In this document: positions 21,001 to 28,863 of the stretch, piece by piece | Layout: the number at the start of each line of letters is the position of its first letter | Position numbering within the stretch: position 1 is the stretch's first letter | DNA from: Candidatus Krumholzibacteriia bacterium | GTDB taxonomy: Bacteria; Krumholzibacteriota; Krumholzibacteriia; JAJRXK01 | NCBI GenBank assembly: GCA_041484665.1 | Contig: JBGPIA010000006.1 | Coordinates: forward strand, 96,001 to 160,000 | DNA length: 64,000 nt | Direction: 5' to 3' | Translations under genes and position numbers: made by a program | Notes under the pieces: model-generated | Told to the model about the DNA's origin: nothing | The model's database searches: none | Seen by the model: the letters and a program-made list of their open reading frames with translations, nothing else

Positions 21001-21382
21001 CTCGGCCTGCTCCACCGCTCCCGCGCCCGGCGACGGCCGCGTCCTCGCTACAGGCGCGGCTTCGCGTGCGACCGGAGCCTCCGCGATGAGCGCCGCCGGG
21101 GCCGCGGGCGCGCCGGACTTGGAGCTGGCCACAACCGCCGGCGGAGTCACTGGCCTGGGTGCCGCAATCTTCCTAGGGGGGGCCGGAGCTCTGATTGCGT
21201 CTCTATGGGATGTCGAGGATGCCTCGACGCTGGATTTGATGCAGCTCCTGTATGCGTCGCTGCTCACTGAGGGAGCCGACCCGGCGGAGGCGCTGCGGAC
21301 CGCACAGCTCCAGCTCGCGCGCCGGGACAGTCCTCCGCTGCCCGAGCGCGCGTGGGGCGCTTTCTGCGCCTACGGTCCATGA
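18050..21382 (+). CDS. TPR-CHAT (caspase/HetF-like) protease
   Basis: Helical/TPR N-terminal region; CHAT motifs LVIVPDGALCRVPFALL, HLHIAAHS (His), LVTLSACST (Cys), IASLWDVED, WGAF; N-terminal hydrophobic segment. Confidence 0.9.
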   Translation: MLTAGAVGAVMLAAGGLLLTLQARRAAPPTPPALSAALPLPPYIDGPLPPGLPEPTTGAPASPDELQGLLALHAEGLTRRPSDVGLRVRTIALELALDLPDAALRDALEAPAHDPRLAFLEAGSRLRGAPRVDDPLDEEDQLRRATRALAPLRALSAFRLPADVLRARIACRLGEAGPADSLLAFVPASAEGWRARLQAAALQTGLGNRTAWRDQFVLRESSADTAAMRALARGWQLNFVRCLQADLDTAWNRTFAEDLAARDSIVARVRRLAGELGTPAGLCNGVLSEADQLVAFPRAQLPRARRLDATFRRLIELINPPAGKVPSAASYDSVLVLTPAALADAAALGWKRRAFDLHWARAMALDGLDRPADALDEARAMGALARAANDPAMAWATARWVHSAASNIGRLQEALDALADLQRLDAAWQFDAATVSRGNGFLRFQLGDLRGAFEYWALGYRDARRQGAVDAIVSNLENLAFASLALGRPQKAMAYAGEAIETAQGPRAQRLPPNRKKSVHTTAAYARVDLGVAVAQQPGGDLAPLRAAIDTCEASPVGRAAVEGRMILARLLSARGAQAQAQSEAAQARARAEAVDAADLVWRATAVHGEVCAASGRVQEAAADFEHALGEVEALRGSLVKRDERTVLLLSARELADRYIALEADGLKDAAAAYVIDERSREHRLREQAGPAAAAAPWQSERARTLDEVANTLRDGGLLVQFRVEDSRVRLWAATRRERTAATVTIAKVELDSLVTEWLAAIEGGSSSSIAGILGDRLLGPIATWVEPARDLVIVPDGALCRVPFALLRLDGRRLLEDHVVRYGISGTTQVSLAQRRAGKGGRTTTVAPRVLAVGYGGSWGEGGEGTPAAPRATAAPMLPFAEREVAAVAALAPGSVLLTGTLACPSRTLTALPRATHLHIAAHSGVDLVGRPFLLLASDPARLGGGDGAAGGAGGGGNGAGGVRVTAQEIARWPLAGVRLVTLSACSTAPAPGDGRVLATGAASRATGASAMSAAGAAGAPDLELATTAGGVTGLGAAIFLGGAGALIASLWDVEDASTLDLMQLLYASLLTEGADPAEALRTAQLQLARRDSPPLPERAWGAFCAYGP

Positions 21383-21505
21383 GGGAGGGGTCCCCCTCCA
21401 GGGGGCCTTTCGGCATGGAGGGATCCATCCGGGAGGCCCCCGCCGCTTCGGCTTTGGCGCGGTGCACACCCCAGGACGGGCCCGCCGCGCTCCGGGAGGT
21501 CCTCC

Positions 21506-22096
21506 GTGTCCAACAACGTTGTCATCGAAGTCGGCAAGATCTCCATCTTGCAGGCTGGCCTGCTCACACCGCCCGACTTGCCCCAGAGCTACGACCGCGA
21601 CAAGGTCGTGCTGCTGGTGATGAACGATCCAGCAGACGTGCGCTACGAGGTCTACGCGGGCACGCGCAGCGTGAGCATCAAGCCGGGTGACGAGGCTGGG
21701 GACTGCTGCCTCATCGCCACCGCCCCGGGCCTTCCCCTCGGCAGGCGCGCCCTGCTCTACCCGAGCCGCTTGATCGGTCACCAGGAGTTCGGGCACTCCT
21801 GGCCGACGGAGTGGTTCCAGTCTGCAGGCGCCAGCGTGCCCGACGGGCCGTATCGCACGGCCTTTGGTTTGGTCGCCGACGACTACGCCTGGAGCTGGAG
21901 CGACGATAACGGTCTGCCCACCTACAACGTGGCGATGCCCCTGGGCACCCGCGTCTTCAAGGTCGTGCGCAGCGCCCAGTCCGGTGGCGCGGATGACGTC
22001 ACCGAAGTGCTCGCCGGCCAGTCCATCGATAGCATCCGCCTGGTGCGCGGCAGCGGCCCCCTACAGAACAACGGAGGGGAGCCCTGGCCTCCCTGA
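21506..22096 (+). CDS. Hypothetical protein (196 aa) between the CHAT and S8 genes
   Basis: GTG start with GGAGGT RBS; coding-like GC3 bias; no recognised family. Confidence 0.75.
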   Translation: MSNNVVIEVGKISILQAGLLTPPDLPQSYDRDKVVLLVMNDPADVRYEVYAGTRSVSIKPGDEAGDCCLIATAPGLPLGRRALLYPSRLIGHQEFGHSWPTEWFQSAGASVPDGPYRTAFGLVADDYAWSWSDDNGLPTYNVAMPLGTRVFKVVRSAQSGGADDVTEVLAGQSIDSIRLVRGSGPLQNNGGEPWPP

Positions 22097-22122
22097 ACGA
22101 TCCTAACGGTCGCGAGAAGTCC

Positions 22123-23661
22123 GTGGCCTCGGGCGCCCGGTCGCCCGAGGCCGCGCAAACTGCCCAGATCGAGGTGGCCGTGCTCGCGGAGCTGGACCCG
22201 CGCGTGCTGCCCGATCCGCGCACGGCCCAGGACATCCGCGAGCGCGCCCACCAGCGGGCGCAGGTCGCGCGCGCGGTCGCCGACATGCGCGCGGCGCTCG
22301 AGCCCCGTCTGCTCGCCTCGATCGGCGCACAGATCACCGCGGGCCTATCGTTGGCGCCCGTGCTCGCAGTGCGTCTACCCGCGGGCCTCCCGCCGAAGGT
22401 GGCCCTGGACGAGCTCGCGCGGCAGCCGGGGATCCTCGCGGTGGATGTGCGCTCGCTGCTGCTGCGACAGCCTCATGCATCGCCTGGCCACACCGACCTC
22501 CCACCAGCCCCGGCAGCCTCCAGCGAATTCCCCAGCGATGGCCCCACCACCGCCCTGCCCCCACTGGTGGGAATCGTCGAGCTCGGACGCCCCGACCTCA
22601 CGCACCCTCAGCTGGAAGCCTCGGCGCGGCCGTGGAGCGAGTCGGGGCGGCGCCGCCTGCGTAGCCTGGGAGACCCCGTGGTCCACCCGCACGCCACCGC
22701 TGTGGTCGCGGCCCTGCTCGCCTCGACGAGCGACGATGCCTTCGACGTGCTCTGCTACAGCCTGCCGCGTGACCGCCGCCAGCTCGCGTGGTTGTCGGCG
22801 CTGGACGAGCTGATCGCCAGAGGCGCGAGCGTCATCAACCTGAGCTTCGGGGTGTGGCCGGACGACCTGGAGGACGGCTGGGGCCTGCTGGAGCGGGGCA
22901 TCGAGGTCTTGTGCGCGCTGCACGGGGTCACCGTCGTCGCCTCCGCCGGCAACGGCTCGCGTGACCGCGCCGAGCTGCACCAGGTGCGCGTGCCGGCGCG
23001 CGATCCCGCGGTGTTGGCGGTGGGCGGTGTGATCGAGGAGGGAAGCGGGTTGTCTGCGTTCGAGCGCGGGTGCGCCAGCAAGGACGGCAAGCCCGAGCTG
23101 GCAGCCGTGGCGAACCATCCGTTCGGGGAAACGGCGGGCACGTCGATGGCAGCGCCGCGCGTGACGAAGATCGTGGCCGAGGCAATGGGCCAGGTGCGCC
23201 AGGCGGCGCACCGGCCCGAGCTGGCGCGGGCGCTCGTGCTCGCAGCCTGCGAAGCCGGGCCGCGCGACCCCCATGGCAGCGATGGACCAGTCGGGCACAG
23301 CACGGGATTGGGCATCCCGGCGCGGGCGCGGTTGCAGGAGATCTGCCGGCGCGGCTGGTTCGCGTGGGGCACAGGAAACGGGCTGGTCCCTCTGCCCCCC
23401 GATCGCTCCGAGAGCGGAGGCGAGCTGCGCGCCGTGCTCTGCTGGCAACCGCGGGGGCTCGACGAGCTGCTCGGGCAGCAGCAACCGCGCCCCGCGGTCT
23501 CGCTGGCGCTGCACCTGGTCGATGCGACGGGGCATCTCGTGGCCCAGGCGCGGGCCTACGCCGCTTGGGCGCCGCTGGTTACGCGGCGGCCGGCTGCGGG
23601 ATCGCTGCGCGTGCAGTCGGCGGGAATTCCGTGGGGCTTGGCCTGGTGGTACGAGCGCTGA
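22123..23661 (+). CDS. S8 (subtilase) family serine peptidase, no evident signal peptide
   Basis: VGIVELG (Glu at the Asp position), HPHATAV, VINLSFG, ASAGNG, GTSMAAP. Confidence 0.88.
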   Translation: MASGARSPEAAQTAQIEVAVLAELDPRVLPDPRTAQDIRERAHQRAQVARAVADMRAALEPRLLASIGAQITAGLSLAPVLAVRLPAGLPPKVALDELARQPGILAVDVRSLLLRQPHASPGHTDLPPAPAASSEFPSDGPTTALPPLVGIVELGRPDLTHPQLEASARPWSESGRRRLRSLGDPVVHPHATAVVAALLASTSDDAFDVLCYSLPRDRRQLAWLSALDELIARGASVINLSFGVWPDDLEDGWGLLERGIEVLCALHGVTVVASAGNGSRDRAELHQVRVPARDPAVLAVGGVIEEGSGLSAFERGCASKDGKPELAAVANHPFGETAGTSMAAPRVTKIVAEAMGQVRQAAHRPELARALVLAACEAGPRDPHGSDGPVGHSTGLGIPARARLQEICRRGWFAWGTGNGLVPLPPDRSESGGELRAVLCWQPRGLDELLGQQQPRPAVSLALHLVDATGHLVAQARAYAAWAPLVTRRPAAGSLRVQSAGIPWGLAWWYER

Positions 23662-23709
23662 GCGTGGGGGGGGGGGGCGAAATGCGCGGAGCGGTCGTGG
23701 AGGGTGCGC

Positions 23710-25239
23710 TCAGGGCGCCGCGGCCAACAGCTCCTGCAGCGCCGCGGCCAGACGCGTCCGGTCCAGCGTGAACTGGCCGGGACGCTGCTCGACCCACTCG
23801 GTGCGGCTGGCGACCCGGCCAGCGGCGCTGCGACCCTGCTCGAGGTCCTTGATCGTGACCTTGCCCGAGCGCGCCTCGTCGGACCCCAGGATCACCGCAT
23901 AGGGAATGCCCCAATAGCTGGCGTAGCGTAACTGCTCGCCCAGCCGTGACGCGGGCTCCAGCCAGAGCTCTGCACGCAGCCCCGCAGCGCGCAGCTCGCG
24001 CACGATGGATTGGCACTCGGCGAGCAGCGCGCGGTCCATCACCGTCACCAGCACCTGCGTGACGCCGGCGCGCTGCGCCTGCCCCTGCCGCTCGCGCGGG
24101 TGCTCGAGCGCCGCTAAGAGCCGATCCACGCCGATGCTGGCGCCCACGCCCGCAATCGCCTCGCCCGAGAAGCGCGAGACCAGCTCGTCGTAGCGGCCGC
24201 CGCCCATGATGCTGCCGAATTCCGGCAACGCGTCGAGCGTCGCCTCGAAGATGGGCCCGGTGTAGTAGTCCATGCCGCGCGCCAGCTTGGGGGCGAAGCG
24301 GATACGCGCGCCCGCGCCCGGGGTGGCGCGACTCGCGGCTGCGAACGCGCCCGGGGGCGCGCTTGCGCCAGAGGCTTCGCCCGCTGCCCCACCGGTCGCC
24401 ACTCCCCCGCCCATCGCAGTCAGGTGGCGCCGCAGCTCGTCGATCTCCGCGAGCGCAACCTGGGCCTGTGGCACGGCCGAGAGCAGCGCGCGCGCCTGCT
24501 CGACTCTGTCCTCGTCGCTGACGGCCTCGATGCGCAGGAAGTCGGCCAGCGCCTCGATCTGCGCGGCGGGCAGGCCGACACCCTCGATGCGCGCACCGGA
24601 CTCCTCGTCCACGCGACCCGCGCCCAGCTCGGCGCGCACGCCGTCCAGACCGATCTTGTCTTCCTTGTCGATGACGCGGATGACGGCCGTCGCGAGAGCC
24701 GGTGGCACGCCAGCGCGGCGCAGCGCACCGTTGAGGATGCCGCGATGGTTCCAGCGGATCGTGTGATCGGGCAGCCCCAAGGCCCCCAGGCTCTCCCCCA
24801 TCGCGAGCAGGATCTCCGCGTCGGCCAGCATCGAGCGCGTGCCCACGGTGTCGATGTCGAACTGGAGGAACTCGCGGAAGCGGCCGGCGCCGGGCTTGTC
24901 CACGCGGAAGACGGGGCCGATCTGGTAGCGCTTGAACGGGCGGCGCAGCTCCGGGTTGGCGGCCACGAAGCGCGCCAGCGGCACCGTCAGGTCGAAGCGC
25001 AGGCCGAGATCGATCTCATCCTCGGCATGGCGCCAGCTGTAGATGCGCGCGGCCGTCTCGCCGGCTTTGGCCCCGACGAGCACGTCGCGCAGCTCGAGGA
25101 TGGGGGTTTCCAGCGGCTGGAAGCCGTAGCGCTCGAACACGCCGCGAATCGTCTCGACCATGGCGGCGCGCCGCACAAGGGTGGCGCCGACGATGTCGCG
25201 CATCCCCTTGGCCAGACGCGGCTCGATATGATCGGTCAT
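23710..25239 (-). CDS. hisS: Histidine--tRNA ligase
   Basis: LRFDLTVPLAR, GRFREFLQFDID, LARGMDYYTG, GGGRYD, C-terminal anticodon-binding domain. Confidence 0.96.
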   Translation of the reverse strand: MTDHIEPRLAKGMRDIVGATLVRRAAMVETIRGVFERYGFQPLETPILELRDVLVGAKAGETAARIYSWRHAEDEIDLGLRFDLTVPLARFVAANPELRRPFKRYQIGPVFRVDKPGAGRFREFLQFDIDTVGTRSMLADAEILLAMGESLGALGLPDHTIRWNHRGILNGALRRAGVPPALATAVIRVIDKEDKIGLDGVRAELGAGRVDEESGARIEGVGLPAAQIEALADFLRIEAVSDEDRVEQARALLSAVPQAQVALAEIDELRRHLTAMGGGVATGGAAGEASGASAPPGAFAAASRATPGAGARIRFAPKLARGMDYYTGPIFEATLDALPEFGSIMGGGRYDELVSRFSGEAIAGVGASIGVDRLLAALEHPRERQGQAQRAGVTQVLVTVMDRALLAECQSIVRELRAAGLRAELWLEPASRLGEQLRYASYWGIPYAVILGSDEARSGKVTIKDLEQGRSAAGRVASRTEWVEQRPGQFTLDRTRLAAALQELLAAAP

Positions 25240-25343
25240 GGGCTCAGGGGGCCGCCGGGCGGCCCGGGTTCACCGAAACGACGGCGTGAGGGAACCGACG
25301 AAGGGGCGGCGGCGGGCACGCCCGGATCCACGAGCGGAAAGGG

Positions 25344-25420
25344 TGGTACTGGCGGATGGATTTGAACCATCGACCCCCAGATCCACAGTCTGGTGCTCTA
25401 GCCAACTGAGCTACGCCAGC
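25344..25420 (-). tRNA. tRNA-His (GTG), CCA encoded
   Basis: GCTGGCGTAGCTCAGTTGGCTAGAGCACCAGACTGTGGATCTGGGGGTCGATGGTTCAAATCCATCCGCCAGTACCA folds as a cloverleaf with anticodon GTG. Confidence 0.96.
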
Positions 25421-25435
25421 ACGCAACGAACAAAT

Positions 25436-25465
25436 AAGCTAACTGCCTGGCGGAAAAGGTGTCAA
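25436..25465 (-). promoter_or_regulatory. Sigma70-type promoter for tRNA-His (probably also hisS)
   Basis: Minus strand TTGACA-18 nt-TAGCTT, ending 15 nt upstream of the tRNA. Confidence 0.7.
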
Positions 25466-25502
25466 CCCCGGCGGGTCCCGGGGGCCCGGCCTCTGGCAGG
25501 CC

Positions 25503-26654
25503 TCAGCCCTGCCGCCCGAACTGCGGGAAGGCTGGCGTGATCACGCGGTCGCGTTGCAGGAAGATGAAGTGGTCGAAATAGTAGTGGATCAGCAGGCACG
25601 ACAGGACCACCGAGTAGAATGCGAAGAAGTGCTGATCCTGGTAGACGTGCCCGTAGAGGATCATGGGGACCACCGGCCCCGTAGCGAACGCCCCCAGCCG
25701 CTGCACGATCCCCAGCACCCCCAGGAACGCCACTCCCGCCGCCAGGGTGAACCCCAGGCAGAAGGCGTAGAGCCTCCAGCCGCGGCTGGAGACGCGCGTC
25801 ACCACTGGTGAGCCGATCATCCCCTTGCGCGCCCGCATCTGGTTGAGGAAGAGCACGAGCGCCAGGTACTGGAAGGAGTGCCAGGTGTTGAGGCCCTGGA
25901 ACGCCACATCGAGGTTGTCGACCATCGGGGTGACGAACAGGAGCACCGCCGACAGCCCCACCAGCAACGTCTTGGGCCCGTGGAAGAGCCCGCGCCGGAC
26001 CTCCCAGACGCTGCGTGCGATGAAGGCGATCAGGAAGGCGACGAACGCGATCCACACCGGGATCGGCACCCAGCTCTGCTTGAGGAAGCTGGGGAACAGC
26101 AGCACGCGCCCGCCGGTGACGAATTGGCCGTGGATGAGCTTGCCGACCGAGATCGGATAGAGGGCCGTGAAAATCAGCCCGTAGTCGATGAGCTTGCCGG
26201 TCCAGGTCCATCCGCGGGGGTCCTTCATCCTATAAGCGTCCGTGACGTACGCGAGCTGGTGGATGACGTGGACCGACGCCCAGAAGAAGAAGAACGTGAC
26301 GAGCAGCGTCAGGTTCAGGATCGCCAGCGTGACGATCAAGGGCGGCAGCAGGAGCGCGCCCCAGGTATAGCGCGGATACCGCCTGCGGAAGCGCGGCTCC
26401 ATGAAGGTCATCGTGTAGGTGGCAAACAGATGCGGCCCGCCGATGAGCATCGTGACGGCGAGGTCGACGTAGATGTTCTTCTGCAGGGCGGCCTTGGCCA
26501 GCCAGGGGAAGAGGACCAGCACGGCCGAGAACGTGATGAACAGGAGGTCGTAGCCCGGGCTTACCAGCCATAGCGCGCGGCGCTCCTGCTGGACGGACGC
26601 CTCGGCACGCGCCGATGGCGCGAGGCCGGTGGAGGGCAATGCGTATCCGGTCAT
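25503..26654 (-). CDS. Polytopic membrane protein with intramembrane His motifs
   Basis: About 9-10 TM segments; GGPHLFATY, WASVHVIHQ, TWHSFQYL, LIHYYFDHFIF. Confidence 0.75.
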   Translation of the reverse strand: MTGYALPSTGLAPSARAEASVQQERRALWLVSPGYDLLFITFSAVLVLFPWLAKAALQKNIYVDLAVTMLIGGPHLFATYTMTFMEPRFRRRYPRYTWGALLLPPLIVTLAILNLTLLVTFFFFWASVHVIHQLAYVTDAYRMKDPRGWTWTGKLIDYGLIFTALYPISVGKLIHGQFVTGGRVLLFPSFLKQSWVPIPVWIAFVAFLIAFIARSVWEVRRGLFHGPKTLLVGLSAVLLFVTPMVDNLDVAFQGLNTWHSFQYLALVLFLNQMRARKGMIGSPVVTRVSSRGWRLYAFCLGFTLAAGVAFLGVLGIVQRLGAFATGPVVPMILYGHVYQDQHFFAFYSVVLSCLLIHYYFDHFIFLQRDRVITPAFPQFGRQG

Positions 26655-27028
26655 CGTCGCCGCTTCTGCCCGAGGCTCTCGAAACGTGATCCGCGCAGCC
26701 AGCGCAAGTCTGGAAGTCTGATCGAGGATGGAGAGGGCCGCCGTCCCCCCTTCCCCCGGAGTCGTTCCCCAGGCGTCTTTCCCCAGGCCTTCCTTCCCCG
26801 ATGCTTCCAAGTGTGCCCACCATAGTTGGATCACCCCGCCCGCTCTGCCAATCGTTTTTCGCTGCGATGCGCTGAAGGCAGCCCCGGCGCCGGCCAGTTT
26901 CTGACCAGAGAACCCCGCGGCGCGCAGCAAACTCGGACCGCACGGGGTCACGCTCTGCGCGTGCGTGGGCGCGTCGCGCGCTCAGGGTTCAGGGCGCGGG
27001 GCTCAAAGCCGGGCGTGGGGCGCAGGGC

Positions 27029-28483
27029 TCAGGGCCGCCGGAGGACCATCAACCGGATCTCGGTCATCTCCTCCATCGCGAACCGTACGCCCTCGCGACC
27101 GAGGCCGCTGAGCTTCACGCCACCGTAGGGCATGTGGTCCACGCGCCACGACGGGACCTCTCCGATCAGGACGCCGCCCACCTCCAGCACGTCCCACGCG
27201 CGGTGGGCCTTGTAGATGTCGCGCGTGAAGACGCCGGCCTGCAACCCGTAGACGCCGTCGTTGACCTGGGCGAGGGCCTGCTCGAAATCAGAGAAGCGTG
27301 AAAGAACCGCCACGGGACCGAAGGCCTCGTGGGTGCAGATCTTCTCGTCGGGTGGCACGTCCTCCAGGAGCGTCGCCTCCAGCAGCACGCCGCGGCGGCC
27401 ACCGCCGCACAGCACGCGCGCCCCGCGCGCCGTGGCTGCGGCAATCCACTGCTCCAGGCGGATCGCGTCGCCCTCGGTGATGAGTGGGCCCAGGAAGTTC
27501 TCCTCCTGCATCGGATCGCCCAGCTTCAGCGCGCGAGTTGCGGTCACGAGCTTGGCGCGGAACGCGTCGTAGACCGCCGCGTGCACGAGGATGCGCTGCA
27601 CGCCGATGCAGCTTTGCCCCGACTGGTAGAACGCCCCGAACACTATGCGCGCGACGGCATCGTCGAGATCCGCGTCGGCGTCCACGACCACGGCGGCGTT
27701 GCCCCCCAGCTCCAGCACGACCTTCTTGCGCCCGGCGCGCGCCTTCAGCTCCCAGCCCACCTCGGGCGATCCGGTGAAGCTGAGCAGCTTCAAGCGCTCA
27801 TCGGTGGTGAACAGGCCCGCCCCGTCGCGGCGGCATGGCAGGATGGAGAAGGCGCCTGCGGGCAGCTCGGTCTCGGCCAGCACCTCGCCGATGAGCAGCG
27901 CACCCACCGGCGTGAGGCTGGCGGGTTTGAGCACGAATGGGCAGCCCGCGGCGATCGCGGGGGCGATCTTGTGGGCGGCCAGATTCAGCGGAAAGTTGAA
28001 CGGCGAGATGAACGAGCAGGGCCCCACCGGCACGCGCTTCCACATTCCGGTGTAGCCGCGGGCGCGCGGGCCGATGTCCAGCGGCAGCACCTCGCCCACC
28101 ATGCGCGTCGACTCCTCGGCGGCGACGCGAAAGGTGTCGATCAGGCGCGTGACCTCGCCGCGGCTGTCCCGGATGGGCTTGCCCGCCTCGATGCAAAGCG
28201 TCTGCGCCAGCTCCTCCGCGCGCTCCCGGAATCGGTCGGCGCAGTGCTGCAGCGCGCGCTGTCGCTCGTAGGCCGGCAGCTCGCGCATCGGACCGGCCGC
28301 GGCCACCGCCGCGGCGATGGCCGTATCGATCATGGCCGGATCGGCCAACGCGACGCGCGTGGCCACTTCCCCGGTGAATTTGTCGTGCACCGGGAGGTCG
28401 CGGTTCGCCGCGACGGGTCTGCTGCCGACGTAGCACGGATACGCGTCGCGCAGCACGGCATGGCGGCTCGAGCGCGGCATCAT
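27029..28483 (-). CDS. Aldehyde dehydrogenase family protein
   Basis: SPFNFPLNL, LKPAS, SFTGS, LELGGN, GQSCI, EAFGPV, PYGGVKLSGLGREG. Confidence 0.95.
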   Translation of the reverse strand: MMPRSSRHAVLRDAYPCYVGSRPVAANRDLPVHDKFTGEVATRVALADPAMIDTAIAAAVAAAGPMRELPAYERQRALQHCADRFRERAEELAQTLCIEAGKPIRDSRGEVTRLIDTFRVAAEESTRMVGEVLPLDIGPRARGYTGMWKRVPVGPCSFISPFNFPLNLAAHKIAPAIAAGCPFVLKPASLTPVGALLIGEVLAETELPAGAFSILPCRRDGAGLFTTDERLKLLSFTGSPEVGWELKARAGRKKVVLELGGNAAVVVDADADLDDAVARIVFGAFYQSGQSCIGVQRILVHAAVYDAFRAKLVTATRALKLGDPMQEENFLGPLITEGDAIRLEQWIAAATARGARVLCGGGRRGVLLEATLLEDVPPDEKICTHEAFGPVAVLSRFSDFEQALAQVNDGVYGLQAGVFTRDIYKAHRAWDVLEVGGVLIGEVPSWRVDHMPYGGVKLSGLGREGVRFAMEEMTEIRLMVLRRP

Positions 28484-28863
28484 CCACCTCCGTGGCTTTC
28501 TCGCGCCCCACCGCGCGAGCGCAAAGCCGTCTGGGTTCCCCCCTCCCTTGGGTCATCCGCGGGTCCGCCCGCGGGACCCCCCCGGACCCCCCGTGGGCCC
28601 TCCCGCGCACCCTCCGGCGCGCCCTCCGGCGGGGCCTGCGGCGGGGCTCGCTCATCTCTCGGCATTCCAGGGTCCAGGGCAGGTTCTCACGTCTACAGCG
28701 GGTCGGCCAGCCCGGCCTACGGGAAGGTCACATTTGCAGACTTGCGCCCCGGGGCGTCACAGGGACATCATGACGATCGGCTCCGACGACAGCAGAATCT
28801 CCGACCAGCTCGCGCGAATCCCATGCGCGAAGCGGCCGGGCGCGCCCGATCCCGGGAGGTCAC

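Noticed and set aside
21506..22096. Calling the 196-aa protein a gasdermin or Csx30
   Set aside because: It is shorter than those proteins and I see no recognisable motifs; only the context is analogous.
25344..25420. tRNA as the integration site of an island
   Set aside because: No integrase and no duplicated tRNA 3' end seen in the window.
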